Assembly: GCA_017609695.1 (NCBI GenBank)
Contig: JAFCDM010000016.1
Location: forward strand, 1-42,034
Source of the DNA: Candidatus Pacearchaeota archaeon
GTDB taxonomy: Archaea > Nanobdellota > Nanobdellia > Pacearchaeales > GW2011-AR1
Direction: 5' to 3'
Length of the DNA stretch: 42,034 nucleotides
This document shows positions 10,689 through 19,088 of this stretch, piece after piece. The translations under genes were made by a program, and so were the position numbers. Under the pieces are notes generated by a model. It saw nothing but the letters and a program-made list of their open reading frames with translations. It was not told the origin of the DNA and ran no database searches. Each line of letters opens with the position of its first letter. Position 1 is the first letter of the stretch.

Positions 10689-11444
10689 ATGGAAGTTGTA
10701 GATTGTCATGTTCATTGTGGAAAAGGATATAGTTTTAGGGAATATTTAGAAAAAATAAAAGAAAATAGTTTATCAGTAAAAAGAGCTTTAGTTTTTCCTT
10801 TAGCTTCAGATATTTATCAAAAACAAAAAAAAGATTTTAAAGACGATGAGGAATTTAAAGAAAAAAGAAGAAATGCAAATAAACATATGATCAGTTTAGC
10901 TGATAGTCAAAAAACAGGATTTGAAGTATATCCTTTCAAGTTTGTGTGGAATGATTTTAGTAGGGAAGATTTAGATAGATATTTTGGTGTTAAATGGCAA
11001 AGACGAAAAGGAGATCCAGAATATGAAATTGGTTCTAGAAAATTTCTTAGATTTTTTGATACATTAAAAGAGAGAGATATGCCTGTAGTCTTTGATGATG
11101 AATTTAAAAATACAATGAAATTCCTTAACCGAACTCAAGGTATAAAGATTATTATTCCCCATTTAGGTTTTGGAAATAGAAATTATGATGCTCTTAAAGA
11201 TAGTGGGGTTTGGGAAAGAGAAAATATATATACAGATATTTCAGCTCTGACTCTTGAATCTAATGTTATTAAAGAACATATAGGAAGATATGGGTATGAA
11301 AGAATTTTTTTTGGTTCTGATTATCCTATAAATGATTTAGCTTGGGGGTTGGAGATGGTTTCTCGTTTAAATATAAATCATAAAGAAAAAGAGGCTATTT
11401 TAAGTGGAAATATTTTAAGGTTAATGGATGAAGTTAAAAAATAA
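10689..11444 (+). CDS. Metal-dependent amidohydrolase-family (TIM-barrel) protein
   Basis: N-terminal VDCHVHCG metal-binding motif, IIIPHLGFG, and C-terminal FGSDYP. Confidence 0.7.
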   Translation: MEVVDCHVHCGKGYSFREYLEKIKENSLSVKRALVFPLASDIYQKQKKDFKDDEEFKEKRRNANKHMISLADSQKTGFEVYPFKFVWNDFSREDLDRYFGVKWQRRKGDPEYEIGSRKFLRFFDTLKERDMPVVFDDEFKNTMKFLNRTQGIKIIIPHLGFGNRNYDALKDSGVWERENIYTDISALTLESNVIKEHIGRYGYERIFFGSDYPINDLAWGLEMVSRLNINHKEKEAILSGNILRLMDEVKK

Positions 11445-12363
11445 TCCAACTAAGAATCATTCCAAGATATATCCCAATTGTTATAAAAGGCATGGCTGGA
11501 TAAAATTTTCCTTTTCTTGCAGCGATGAATAATGATAGCAAAGCTATTGTTGATGCAAGAGTTATTATTAGTGCTGGAAGTAATCCATAGAATTTATAAA
11601 AAACTCCTGCTGTAATTATTGGAAAGATTATATCTCCTCCTCCTAATATAGCAAGATTAACTTTTATTTTTGATTTTTTAAATTGTTTTTCCATTGTTTT
11701 TTTGTTTTTATATTTTTGTTTGATTTCCTTGATTTTTCTTCTATCTTTTAAACCAGTATATGGGACAAAAAAACCTCCAAAAATTTTCAATTCATTTATC
11801 TGATATTTAGCCATCTTTTGCATTAATTTTGATTTCCAAACAGCCCAAAAATCATAAAGAGAGATTGCTAATAATAAAATGATTATTCCTAAAACCCCTA
11901 AAAGAGGAACAAAAACAGATGCGATTCCTGGATAAATTAAAAGTTCTGTAAAATTATGAATTAAAAAACTTCTTTTAAATATTTTATAGTAAGCTAAAGG
12001 CAGGGCAATTATTATAAGTATTAAACTAGAATAAAGCATTGTTAAAGAATTATATCCTAGACTTAATTTAGATAAAACAACATTTAAAGTTAATCCAATT
12101 GCAATTATTGTTACAACAAAAAACCAAGCTCTAATAAATTTCTTTGCTTTTATTTTTATTAATACAAAGAATAAAGAGATTGCTATTGTAAAAGAAATTA
12201 ATATCCAAATTGGAGAAGTTTCCTGTTGCATTTCAGGAGGTTCCATTCCAAAAGGGATTTTATTATTTTCATTATTATAAAAACCAATTACAAATAACCC
12301 AATTAACTGAGTTATTACAAACATTGTAATTAAAATAATTGTTATTTGTGTATTGTGTTTCAT
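11434..12363 (-). CDS. Presenilin/signal-peptide-peptidase-like intramembrane aspartyl protease (A22)
   Basis: Polytopic membrane protein with the YD motif (LAISLYDFW), the GxGD motif (LGGGDIIFP) and a PAL motif (LLPALII) in the canonical order. Confidence 0.8.
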   Translation of the reverse strand: MKHNTQITIILITMFVITQLIGLFVIGFYNNENNKIPFGMEPPEMQQETSPIWILISFTIAISLFFVLIKIKAKKFIRAWFFVVTIIAIGLTLNVVLSKLSLGYNSLTMLYSSLILIIIALPLAYYKIFKRSFLIHNFTELLIYPGIASVFVPLLGVLGIIILLLAISLYDFWAVWKSKLMQKMAKYQINELKIFGGFFVPYTGLKDRRKIKEIKQKYKNKKTMEKQFKKSKIKVNLAILGGGDIIFPIITAGVFYKFYGLLPALIITLASTIALLSLFIAARKGKFYPAMPFITIGIYLGMILSWIIF

Positions 12364-12377
12364 GATTGTGTTTCATG
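12352..12377. repeat. Perfect 13-bp tandem duplication (attgtgtttcatg x2) containing the start codon of the presenilin-like gene
   Basis: 12352-12364 is identical to 12365-12377. Each copy carries cat (ATG on the minus strand). The upstream ATG is out of frame. Confidence 0.95.
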
Positions 12378-12381
12378 TCAC

Positions 12382-12463
12382 AGGAAAACTAGTTTTCCTC
12401 CAAGCAACCTTTCTCAGTTTGCAATCCATAAATGGATTGATACTAAAATGTAAAACATTTTAG
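12382..12463. other. Three consecutive perfect hairpins/palindromes in an intergenic region
   Basis: AGGAAAACTAGTTTTCCT (12382-12399); CAATCCAT-AA-ATGGATTG (12422-12439); CTAAAATG-TAAAA-CATTTTAG (12443-12463). Confidence 0.9.
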
Positions 12464-12590
12464 GATGCTAAGAAGTAAACTCAGCTTTTATACCTCTTTA
12501 ATAAATAGAAGAATATGTTTTTAAATGTTAGTGGTTTGAAAAGAAAAATAAAAGATTAATTAGAATTTAGAATCTAAAAGATTTTCCTTT

Positions 12591-12806
12591 TTACTTCTTT
12601 TTTGATTTTGCAAGTTTAATCAATTTTGATTTTTTTGATTTTTTACTTGGGCTTCTGCCTTGTTTTTTTGTTTTTTTGCTAAGGATTTTACTTTTCTTTT
12701 TTGTTTTTTTATTAATAGTTTTACTTTGCTTTTTTTCTTTTTTTACAACCATCTTTTTAATCGGCTTCTTTTTTACTTTAATTTTCACTTTTTTTTTGTT
12801 TACCAT
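12591..12806 (-). CDS. Small lysine-rich basic protein (possible nucleic-acid binding)
   Basis: MVNKKKVKIKVKKKPIKK... is roughly half Lys. The ORF-track extension to 12863 overlaps the structured element and was trimmed to the internal ATG. Confidence 0.5.
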   Translation of the reverse strand: MVNKKKVKIKVKKKPIKKMVVKKEKKQSKTINKKTKKKSKILSKKTKKQGRSPSKKSKKSKLIKLAKSKKK

Positions 12807-12817
12807 TTTAATATGAG

Positions 12818-13035
12818 CTGAGAGGACTCGGGCACAGTGTGAAAGTTCCTCAAATAAAGTCAAATCAACTTATCTATTAATTTTATTTTAAAGGTTATCT
12901 TTTACGCCCTATACATAGCTTAAAAGTGCAGATTTTATTTGATGAGTTATAGCCCGTTCATCAAACTACACGTCGAACACCTATAGAGGCCAACATAGTA
13001 GCATCCTTTCCAGAACAACTGCAATGTCCTCTCAG
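12818..13035 (-). ncRNA. Candidate structured RNA (class unresolved), or a structured leader of the Lys-rich gene
   Basis: ctgagaggac (12818-12827) pairs perfectly with gtcctctcag (13026-13035). There is an internal 8-bp hairpin, tttgatga/tcatcaaa (12938-12965). G+C is visibly higher than in the flanks. On the minus strand, TTTTATATA (13064-13056) sits about 25 nt upstream of the helix. Confidence 0.4.
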
Positions 13036-13127
13036 AAATATGTAAGAATTTAAAGTATATAAAAGCTTCTTTTTTTGTGAAAAGAAAAAACTGAATTTTA
13101 TATTAAGTTTATTAAAAATTTTTATTA

Positions 13128-13404
13128 TCAAACATAAATAAGAATTATCCTATATAAAACATATATCCAACTTATAATCCCGTGAATGATTGCCCATAAA
13201 ATAGAACTATTCTGAGTATAAGATAATATCATTGCAAGAGCAGAACCAAAAACACAAAAACTTCCCCCACTATGTTTCCACTTATCTTTTTTGTTGCATT
13301 TAACTCCTGCCTTAATCGCTTTTTCAATATTATTTACTTTAATCTTAATATCAACATCTCTTGGTTTTTTAATTATCTTTTTTAATTATCTTTTTTGTTG
13401 CCAT
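13128..13404 (-). pseudogene. Small membrane-protein ORF disrupted by a 13-bp tandem duplication
   Basis: ATG at 13404. aattatctttttt appears twice (13371-13383 and 13384-13396). Removing one copy restores an 87-aa ORF (MATKKIIKKPRDVD...ILWAIIHGIISWIYVLYRIILIYV). Confidence 0.6.
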
Positions 13405-13437
13405 ATTAAATTAAATAATAAATGGTTTTTAAATATT

Positions 13438-13469
13438 TTGTAGACAAAAATATAGAAAGATTTAAATAT
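13438..13469 (+). promoter_or_regulatory. 32-bp promoter module (TTGTAGACA box plus BRE/TATA AGAAAGATTTAAATA), copy 1, upstream of fic
   Basis: ttgtagacaaaaatatagaaagatttaaatat is identical to 19421-19452. Confidence 0.7.
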
Positions 13470-13511
13470 GTAGACAACTATTATAATATATGTAGACAAC
13501 TATTATAATAT
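13468..13511. repeat. Perfect 22-bp tandem duplication (atgtagacaactattataatat x2) abutting the fic start
   Basis: 13468-13489 is identical to 13490-13511. Each unit has ATG-TAG and a TTATAATAT TATA-like box. The fic ATG is at 13513. Confidence 0.95.
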
Positions 13512-13512
13512 T

Positions 13513-14451
13513 ATGTACATAGAAAAAAGAAAATATTACGGCAAAACAAAATATTGGCTTTCTCATTCTTTTAGAGAAGGAGGGAAAATACACAAAATAA
13601 GGAAATTATTAGGAATAGATTTATCTCTAGAGATTCTAGAAAATAGAAAAAAGAAAGCTGAGCAACTCATTTTAGAAGAAATTAATAAATATAAAATAAT
13701 AAAAGATCCCTTACAGGATAAAATCTCAAAAGAAGAAATTGGATTTATTAAAAGGCTACAATCAGAAGCAGAGCTTAAGATTATCCATTTATCTGAGGAA
13801 CAGTGGAAAACCTTTTCTGAAATTTTTAGTTATAATACCAATGCCATAGAGGGAAGTGATTTAAGCAAAAAGGAAACAAAAGAAGTTATAGAAAAGGGAG
13901 TTTGGCCTGTTGAAAAATCTAAAGAAGACATAGCAGAAGCATTGGGAGTAAATGGGGCGATAAATTTTATAAGAAAAACAAAGGAAGATATCTCCTCAGA
14001 TTTAATTAAAAAGATTCATTACATTGTCTTTAAAAATTCCAAGAGTTTTGCAGGAGAATTTAGAAAATTAGGACAGGAAGTTGTTGTCAGAACTGGCCAA
14101 GGGATTATTGTTCATGAAGGGGCCCCCTCTTCAAGAGTTTTTACCTTACTTAATGAATTAATTAATTGGTATAATAAACATAAATTAGAATATCCTGGAA
14201 TTCTTTTAGCAGCAGTTGTACATAATCAATTTGAAAATATACATCCATTTGCAGATGGTAATGGGAGAGTTGGAAGAATTTTGCTTAATAATATCCTATT
14301 AAAAAATAATCTCCCTCCTGTAAATATAGATATAAAAAACCAAAGAGAATACTATGAAACCTTACAGGCTTATGAGAAAGAAGGGAATCTAAGACCTACT
14401 ATAGAACTTATTTTAAGAGAATATAAAAACTTGAAAATAATAATAAAATAA
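13513..14451 (+). CDS. fic: Fic/DOC family protein (AMPylase-type)
   Basis: Canonical Fic motif HPFADGNGRVGR, plus the N-terminal TNAIEGS motif. Confidence 0.9.
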   Translation: MYIEKRKYYGKTKYWLSHSFREGGKIHKIRKLLGIDLSLEILENRKKKAEQLILEEINKYKIIKDPLQDKISKEEIGFIKRLQSEAELKIIHLSEEQWKTFSEIFSYNTNAIEGSDLSKKETKEVIEKGVWPVEKSKEDIAEALGVNGAINFIRKTKEDISSDLIKKIHYIVFKNSKSFAGEFRKLGQEVVVRTGQGIIVHEGAPSSRVFTLLNELINWYNKHKLEYPGILLAAVVHNQFENIHPFADGNGRVGRILLNNILLKNNLPPVNIDIKNQREYYETLQAYEKEGNLRPTIELILREYKNLKIIIK

Positions 14452-14456
14452 TCTTT

Positions 14457-14518
14457 TTGTAGACATATTTGTAGACAATTTATTTATTGTAGACAAAGTA
14501 ATCCCCTTAATTGTCTAA
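14457..14518. repeat. Cluster of TTGTAGACA(A/T) boxes downstream of fic (three direct, one partial inverted)
   Basis: Direct boxes at 14457-14466, 14469-14478 and 14487-14496. Inverted ttgtctaa at 14511-14518. Confidence 0.85.
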
Positions 14519-14620
14519 ATGCCTTTGTTGTTACTTAATCTTAAAGTTTAAATTAAAAATAACTTCAAACCTCCTTGAAGTCTTCGCTGGGTTTATAAAG
14601 AATGTTTTTTTATAAAAATT

Positions 14621-17032
14621 ATGAATGAGGATAATAAGAAAATGACAGATGATAAATTTATCTTAATGGGATTAAACGACGAGAAGTCAGAGTATATAGC
14701 TGAGGTTTTAAAAAATAAAACTGCTAAAAAAATTTTAGATTTTTTAGGGGATATAAAAGAAGCAAGTGAAAAAGATATTTCAGATGCATTAAAAATGCCT
14801 ATGAGTACTGCTGAGTATAATTTAAAAAAATTAATTAAAAGTGGGTTTGTTGAAAAAACAAAGAATTTTTTTTGGAGTGTTAAGGGAAAGAAAATACCAA
14901 TGTATAAATTAGCAAAAAAACATATTATAATTAGTCCAAATAAAAAGCCAAATCTAAATTATATTAAAAGTCTTCTTCCAATTTTTATTGTTGCTATAGC
15001 CTTAGTGGCTATAGTAGCAGTATTTATGTTACAAGAGGAACCTATTGTTGATCAAACTGAGTTAAAACAATTTGGTTCTCAAGCAGATTTAAATGGATTT
15101 ATAAAAGAAAATTCAGATTCGAATTCAAATTGGGGTGGGGGAATAGGCATATTATCTAAAGGAATGGCTGAAACTGCAACTTTTTCTGAAAGTGATGGAG
15201 GAACTCCTCAAACTAATTCAGATTATTCAACTACAAATATACAAGTTAAAGGAGTAGATGAAGCTGATATTGTTAAAAATGATGGAGAATATATTTATAC
15301 TATTTCAGGAAACAAAGTTATAATTATAGATGCTTATCCTGTAGAAAACTTGGAAATTTTATCAGAAATCAAATTTGAAAGTAATGTTAATGAGATTTTT
15401 ATTAATGATGATAAATTAGTTGTTTTTGGAGGAGATTATGGAAGGGGAAATAAGGTTTATATTTATGATATTTCAGATAGAGAAAATCCTGAACTAGATA
15501 ATGAAATTGAGTTTGATGGAAATTATGTTAGTTCAAGAATGATTGGGAATTATGTTTATACTATTTCAAATAAGTATATCCAAGATAATAACCCAGAGCC
15601 TCCAATTTATGAGGTTGATGGAGTTAAAACAAAAGTTGCTGCTACTGAGGTTTATTATTGGCACTATCCTGATACAAGTTATGTGTTTACAAGTATTACT
15701 GCAATTAATATTAAAGATGGAGATGTTAATAGTGATGTTTATCTAACTGGAGGAAGTAGAAATATTTATGTTTCTCAAGATAATATTTATTTAACTTATA
15801 CTAAATATGTTAGTCATACAGAATATTCTGAAGAAATAGCTAAACAAGTTTATTTTCCTTTGCTCCCTAAAACTTATGATAAAAAGATTCAAAAGGTTTT
15901 AGATTCTAAAGATGCAGATTGGAAAAAGTTAAATGAAATGAGGGAGATAATAGATGAATATTCAATAGGATTAGATGGAGGAGAATTATCTGAATTTAGT
16001 GAAGAACTTGCAGAAAGATTAGAAAAGTTTGAATTAGAAATCCAGAAAAAACAAGAAAACACAATTGTTCATAAAATCAATGTTGATAAAATGGATATTG
16101 ATTATAAAGGAAATGGAGAAGTTCCAGGGCATATTTTAAATCAGTTTTCAATGGATGAATACAATGGGGATTTTAGAATTGCTACAACAACAGGGAATGG
16201 AAGATTTGGAGGAAATAGTTTAAACCATCTTTATATTTTAAATGAAGATTTAGAGATTATAGGAAAAGTTGAAGATTTAGCTAAAGGTGAAAGTATTTAT
16301 TCTGTTAGATTTATGGGTAAGCGAGCTTATATTGTTACTTTTAAAAAAATAGACCCTTTATTTGTAATAGATGTTGAGAATCCTGAAGAACCAAAAGTTT
16401 TAGGTTATTTGAAAATTACAGGTTATTCTGATTATTTACATCCTTATGATGAAAATCACATAATTGGAATTGGAAAGGAAACTGCTGGAGGGGAGGAAGA
16501 TTTTTCTTGGTATCAAGGTGTTAAAGTTTCATTATTTGATGTTACTGATGTTGAAAATCCAATTGAAAAATCTAAGATTGAAATAGGAGATAGGGGAACA
16601 AATAGTGAGGCATTACATAATCATAAAGCTGTTTTATTTGATAAAGAAAAGAATTTATTAGTTATTCCGATTAGCTTGGCTGAAGTTGATGAAAGTAAGT
16701 ATGATGGAGGAGAAATCCCTGATAATGCCTATGGGAAACAGATTTGGCAAGGAGCTTTTGTTTTAGATATTAGTTTAGATGGGATTGAAGAAAGAGGGAG
16801 AATTACCCATAATAATGAAACTCCTGAAGAAAATGGATATGGGTATAGATATTTTGATTATAATAAAGCAATTCAAAGAAGTTTGTATATAGGGGATGTT
16901 CTATATACTATCTCTCAGAGTATAATAAAAGCAAATGAGCTTGATAGTGTTGATGAGATTAATTCATTAGATTTAGGATATAATGATAATTATAATGATA
17001 ATTATCCAATTGGTATTGAGGAGAGGGTTTAA
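14621..17032 (+). CDS. HTH - TM - extracellular beta-propeller domain protein (COG4880/PF09826-like)
   Basis: N-terminal wHTH (ILDFLGDIKEASEKDISDALKMPMSTAEYNLKKLIKSGFV). One TM (LLPIFIVAIALVAIVAVFML). NIQVKGVDEADIVKNDGEYIYT is typical of the secreted beta-propeller family. Confidence 0.75.
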   Translation: MNEDNKKMTDDKFILMGLNDEKSEYIAEVLKNKTAKKILDFLGDIKEASEKDISDALKMPMSTAEYNLKKLIKSGFVEKTKNFFWSVKGKKIPMYKLAKKHIIISPNKKPNLNYIKSLLPIFIVAIALVAIVAVFMLQEEPIVDQTELKQFGSQADLNGFIKENSDSNSNWGGGIGILSKGMAETATFSESDGGTPQTNSDYSTTNIQVKGVDEADIVKNDGEYIYTISGNKVIIIDAYPVENLEILSEIKFESNVNEIFINDDKLVVFGGDYGRGNKVYIYDISDRENPELDNEIEFDGNYVSSRMIGNYVYTISNKYIQDNNPEPPIYEVDGVKTKVAATEVYYWHYPDTSYVFTSITAINIKDGDVNSDVYLTGGSRNIYVSQDNIYLTYTKYVSHTEYSEEIAKQVYFPLLPKTYDKKIQKVLDSKDADWKKLNEMREIIDEYSIGLDGGELSEFSEELAERLEKFELEIQKKQENTIVHKINVDKMDIDYKGNGEVPGHILNQFSMDEYNGDFRIATTTGNGRFGGNSLNHLYILNEDLEIIGKVEDLAKGESIYSVRFMGKRAYIVTFKKIDPLFVIDVENPEEPKVLGYLKITGYSDYLHPYDENHIIGIGKETAGGEEDFSWYQGVKVSLFDVTDVENPIEKSKIEIGDRGTNSEALHNHKAVLFDKEKNLLVIPISLAEVDESKYDGGEIPDNAYGKQIWQGAFVLDISLDGIEERGRITHNNETPEENGYGYRYFDYNKAIQRSLYIGDVLYTISQSIIKANELDSVDEINSLDLGYNDNYNDNYPIGIEERV

Positions 17033-17259
17033 TTGAAATTGAATTTCTTGTAAGTCCCTTTATTTTTGTGTATGTTACTTGTTATTGTGTAAGGCTATTT
17101 TATTTAACTTTGAGATTTTGCTAGGAATTAAATTAAAAATTTATCTTTTCTTCATTTCTTCAACTTGTTTTTCAATTTCCTTTATATCTTTATCTGATTC
17201 CTTTTTTATTTTTTCTTTAGATTCTTTTTTTACTAATTCATTAATTTCTTTTAAAAAAT

Positions 17260-17537
17260 TATCCTGAGATAACTAATATTCGAGAGCATAATACTAGGGA
17301 TGCAGACATAACATTTAATATTGATTCAAAAAAGTTCGCAATTGAAATTGAAACTGGGAGCCTTTTAAGAAAAAAGAAGCAGTTACTTGAAAAAATCAAT
17401 TTTTTAAAAAGAAGATACAAAAAAGATGGATAATTCTTGTTTCTAATAGGGATTCTTTAAAAGACTACAAGAAATTTGGGTTGTGCACTCAGAGAAAAGA
17501 CATGATAAAAAACCTAGAAAAATTGATAAAAATCTAA
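17260..17537 (+). pseudogene. 5'-truncated and frameshifted PD-(D/E)xK nuclease-like gene remnant
   Basis: Frame 1 reads YPEITNIREHNTRDADITFNIDSKKFAIEIETGS...RRYKKDG*. It continues in another frame as WIILVSNRDSLKDYKKFGLCTQRKDMIKNLEKLIKI*. There is no start codon. It resembles the C-terminal nuclease module of the 36839-37894 protein. Confidence 0.55.
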
Positions 17538-17614
17538 CACCCGACTTTGAGTGGGTGTGAAATCCTTTTGTCGCCGGATTAGGTATTGAAAAAGAGCGGA
17601 AAATGATGCGCTGT

Positions 17615-17634
17615 ATATATGTATATACATATAT
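17615..17634. promoter_or_regulatory. Perfect 20-nt palindrome ATATATGTATATACATATAT, 63 nt upstream of the AlbA_2 gene
   Basis: The sequence is its own reverse complement. Possible operator. Confidence 0.5.
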
Positions 17635-17696
17635 TACTAAGGAGTAATATAAATAAAAAAGGTAATTTTTTATAATGCTAAATATTAAATAATCTA

Positions 17697-19010
17697 ATGA
17701 AAAATAAAATCAACGATTTAATTAAAACAGGTGAAGGATATAATTTAGAATTCAAAGAGAAAATTGGTTCTAACTTAGATAAAGAAATTTGTGCCTTTGC
17801 CAATGCTAATGGTGGAAAAATTATTTTAGGGGTTGAAAATTCAGGGAATGTTATCGGCTTTAAACTTTCTAATTCAAGTGCTTCAAAAATTCAGAGTATT
17901 GCGAGAAATATGGATCCTAATTTCAATGTAGATATTGAAACAATTGAAAACATGGCAGTCATTAATATTGAAGAAGGAAAAAATAAACCATATTCTGTTG
18001 GAGGAAAATTTTATTTAAGGATAGGAGCGAATTCACAACAAATGCAAAGAGATGAAATAAGAGAATTTTTTCAAAAAGAAGGACTGGTCTTATTTGATGA
18101 AAAACCAAATACAAAATTTGATTTAGATAAAGATTTTAACATGACTAGTTTTAAGGAATTTTTAAGGTTGGCAAATATCACGGATAATCAGGACCATAAG
18201 AGCATTTTAAAAAATCTTTCTCTGATGGAGGGAAGAAAAATGAAAAATGCTGGAGTTATATTTTTTTGTAAAAATGTAAGGAAATTCTTTTTACAGGGTG
18301 ATGTGACTTGCGTACTTTATGAAGGAACCTCAAAAACTAATATAATTGACCACAAAATGTTTGAGAAAAATCTCTTGTCTAATTTTGAAAATGCTTATAA
18401 ATATATTTTATCAAAACTGAATACTAATTATATTATTAAACAAAAAAGAACAGAAAAACTTGAACTTCCAAAAGAAGCAATTAGGGAGGCATTAATTAAT
18501 GCCATTGTTCATAGAGATTATTTTTCTGCGGGGCATGTTCAAGTAGATATATTTATTGATAGACTTGAAATAAGTAATCCTGGAGGCTTAGTATCTGGAT
18601 TAAGTGAAGAGGATTTTGGTAAAGTAAGTTTACCTAGAAATCCTCTATTAATGGATTTAATGTTAAGGGCAAATAATGTGGAAAGAGTTGGATCTGGGAT
18701 TAAAAGAATTAAAGATGCAATGAAAGAATATGGTTTAAGGGTAGAATTTATCAAAACCAAATTTTTCAGAGTTGTTTTTAAAAGGAAAACATTAATCCCG
18801 AAAGGTTCGGAGAAAAGTTCGGAGAAAAGTTCGGAGAAAATTATTGAATTAATGGAGAAAAATAACGAAATAACAATCTTAGAATTATCGAAAGAAATTG
18901 TTTTAAGTACAAGAGCCATTGAAAAAAGCATAGCAAAATTAAAAGAAAAAGGGTTAATCAAAAGAGTTGGTTCTGCAAAGGGAGGATATTGGAAGGTCTT
19001 AAAGAATTAA
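17697..19010 (+). CDS. AlbA_2 (Schlafen-like) DNA-binding domain / HATPase_c_4 / C-terminal wHTH protein (RecG-like putative regulator)
   Basis: N-terminus GEGYNLEFKEKIG...ICAFANANGGKIILGV. Central REALINAIVHRDYFSAGHVQVDIF.DRLEISNPGGL. C-terminal wHTH. The 12-nt unit gttcggagaaaa occurs 3 times at 18805-18840, encoding SEKS repeats. Confidence 0.8.
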   Translation: MKNKINDLIKTGEGYNLEFKEKIGSNLDKEICAFANANGGKIILGVENSGNVIGFKLSNSSASKIQSIARNMDPNFNVDIETIENMAVINIEEGKNKPYSVGGKFYLRIGANSQQMQRDEIREFFQKEGLVLFDEKPNTKFDLDKDFNMTSFKEFLRLANITDNQDHKSILKNLSLMEGRKMKNAGVIFFCKNVRKFFLQGDVTCVLYEGTSKTNIIDHKMFEKNLLSNFENAYKYILSKLNTNYIIKQKRTEKLELPKEAIREALINAIVHRDYFSAGHVQVDIFIDRLEISNPGGLVSGLSEEDFGKVSLPRNPLLMDLMLRANNVERVGSGIKRIKDAMKEYGLRVEFIKTKFFRVVFKRKTLIPKGSEKSSEKSSEKIIELMEKNNEITILELSKEIVLSTRAIEKSIAKLKEKGLIKRVGSAKGGYWKVLKN

Positions 19011-19019
19011 TGCACGAAG

Positions 19020-19050
19020 TACTAAACGCTATTTGCGTTTAGTAGTTTTT
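19020..19050 (+). terminator. Hairpin plus T-tract after the AlbA_2 gene
   Basis: tactaaacgc-tattt-gcgtttagta (10-bp stem) followed by gttttt. Confidence 0.6.
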
Positions 19051-19088
19051 AAGATTTATAAGTATTTGTGAGATTATTGGATATAAAA

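Noticed and set aside
12818-13035. Assigning the structured element to RNase P RNA or SRP RNA
   Set aside because: I found only weak resemblances: GGAAAG/CUUUC complementarity, a UGGAAAGGAUGC segment vaguely like an SRP helix-8 tetraloop region, and CCAGAAC compared with ACAGAA. The universally conserved motifs (GAGGAAAGUCC, and AGCA/GNAR in the right context) are not present. The class is left open.
17079-17267. 62-aa plus-strand ORF, and the antisense 45-codon K/E-rich frame
   Set aside because: The plus-strand ORF is a low-complexity shadow. The minus-strand frame (LSQDNFLKEINELVKKESKEK...) has no start codon. Both are treated as decayed sequence within the 17033-17696 remnant region.
18539-18961. 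140-aa minus-strand ORF, together with similar antisense ORFs (626-817, 3993-4214, 6347-6529, 7299-7505, 7312-7512, 7791-8006, 8263-8448, 15543-15746, 19582-19797, 20654-20899, 22502-22867, 27515-27775, 28756-28989, 29035-29391, 29575-29760, 30067-30249, 30565-30816, 33553-33756, 35089-35331, 36860-37087, 38815-39006)
   Set aside because: All lie inside, and antisense to or out of frame with, longer ORFs that have clear family motifs. They are Phe/Ile/Leu/Ser-rich products typical of shadow frames in AT-rich DNA.
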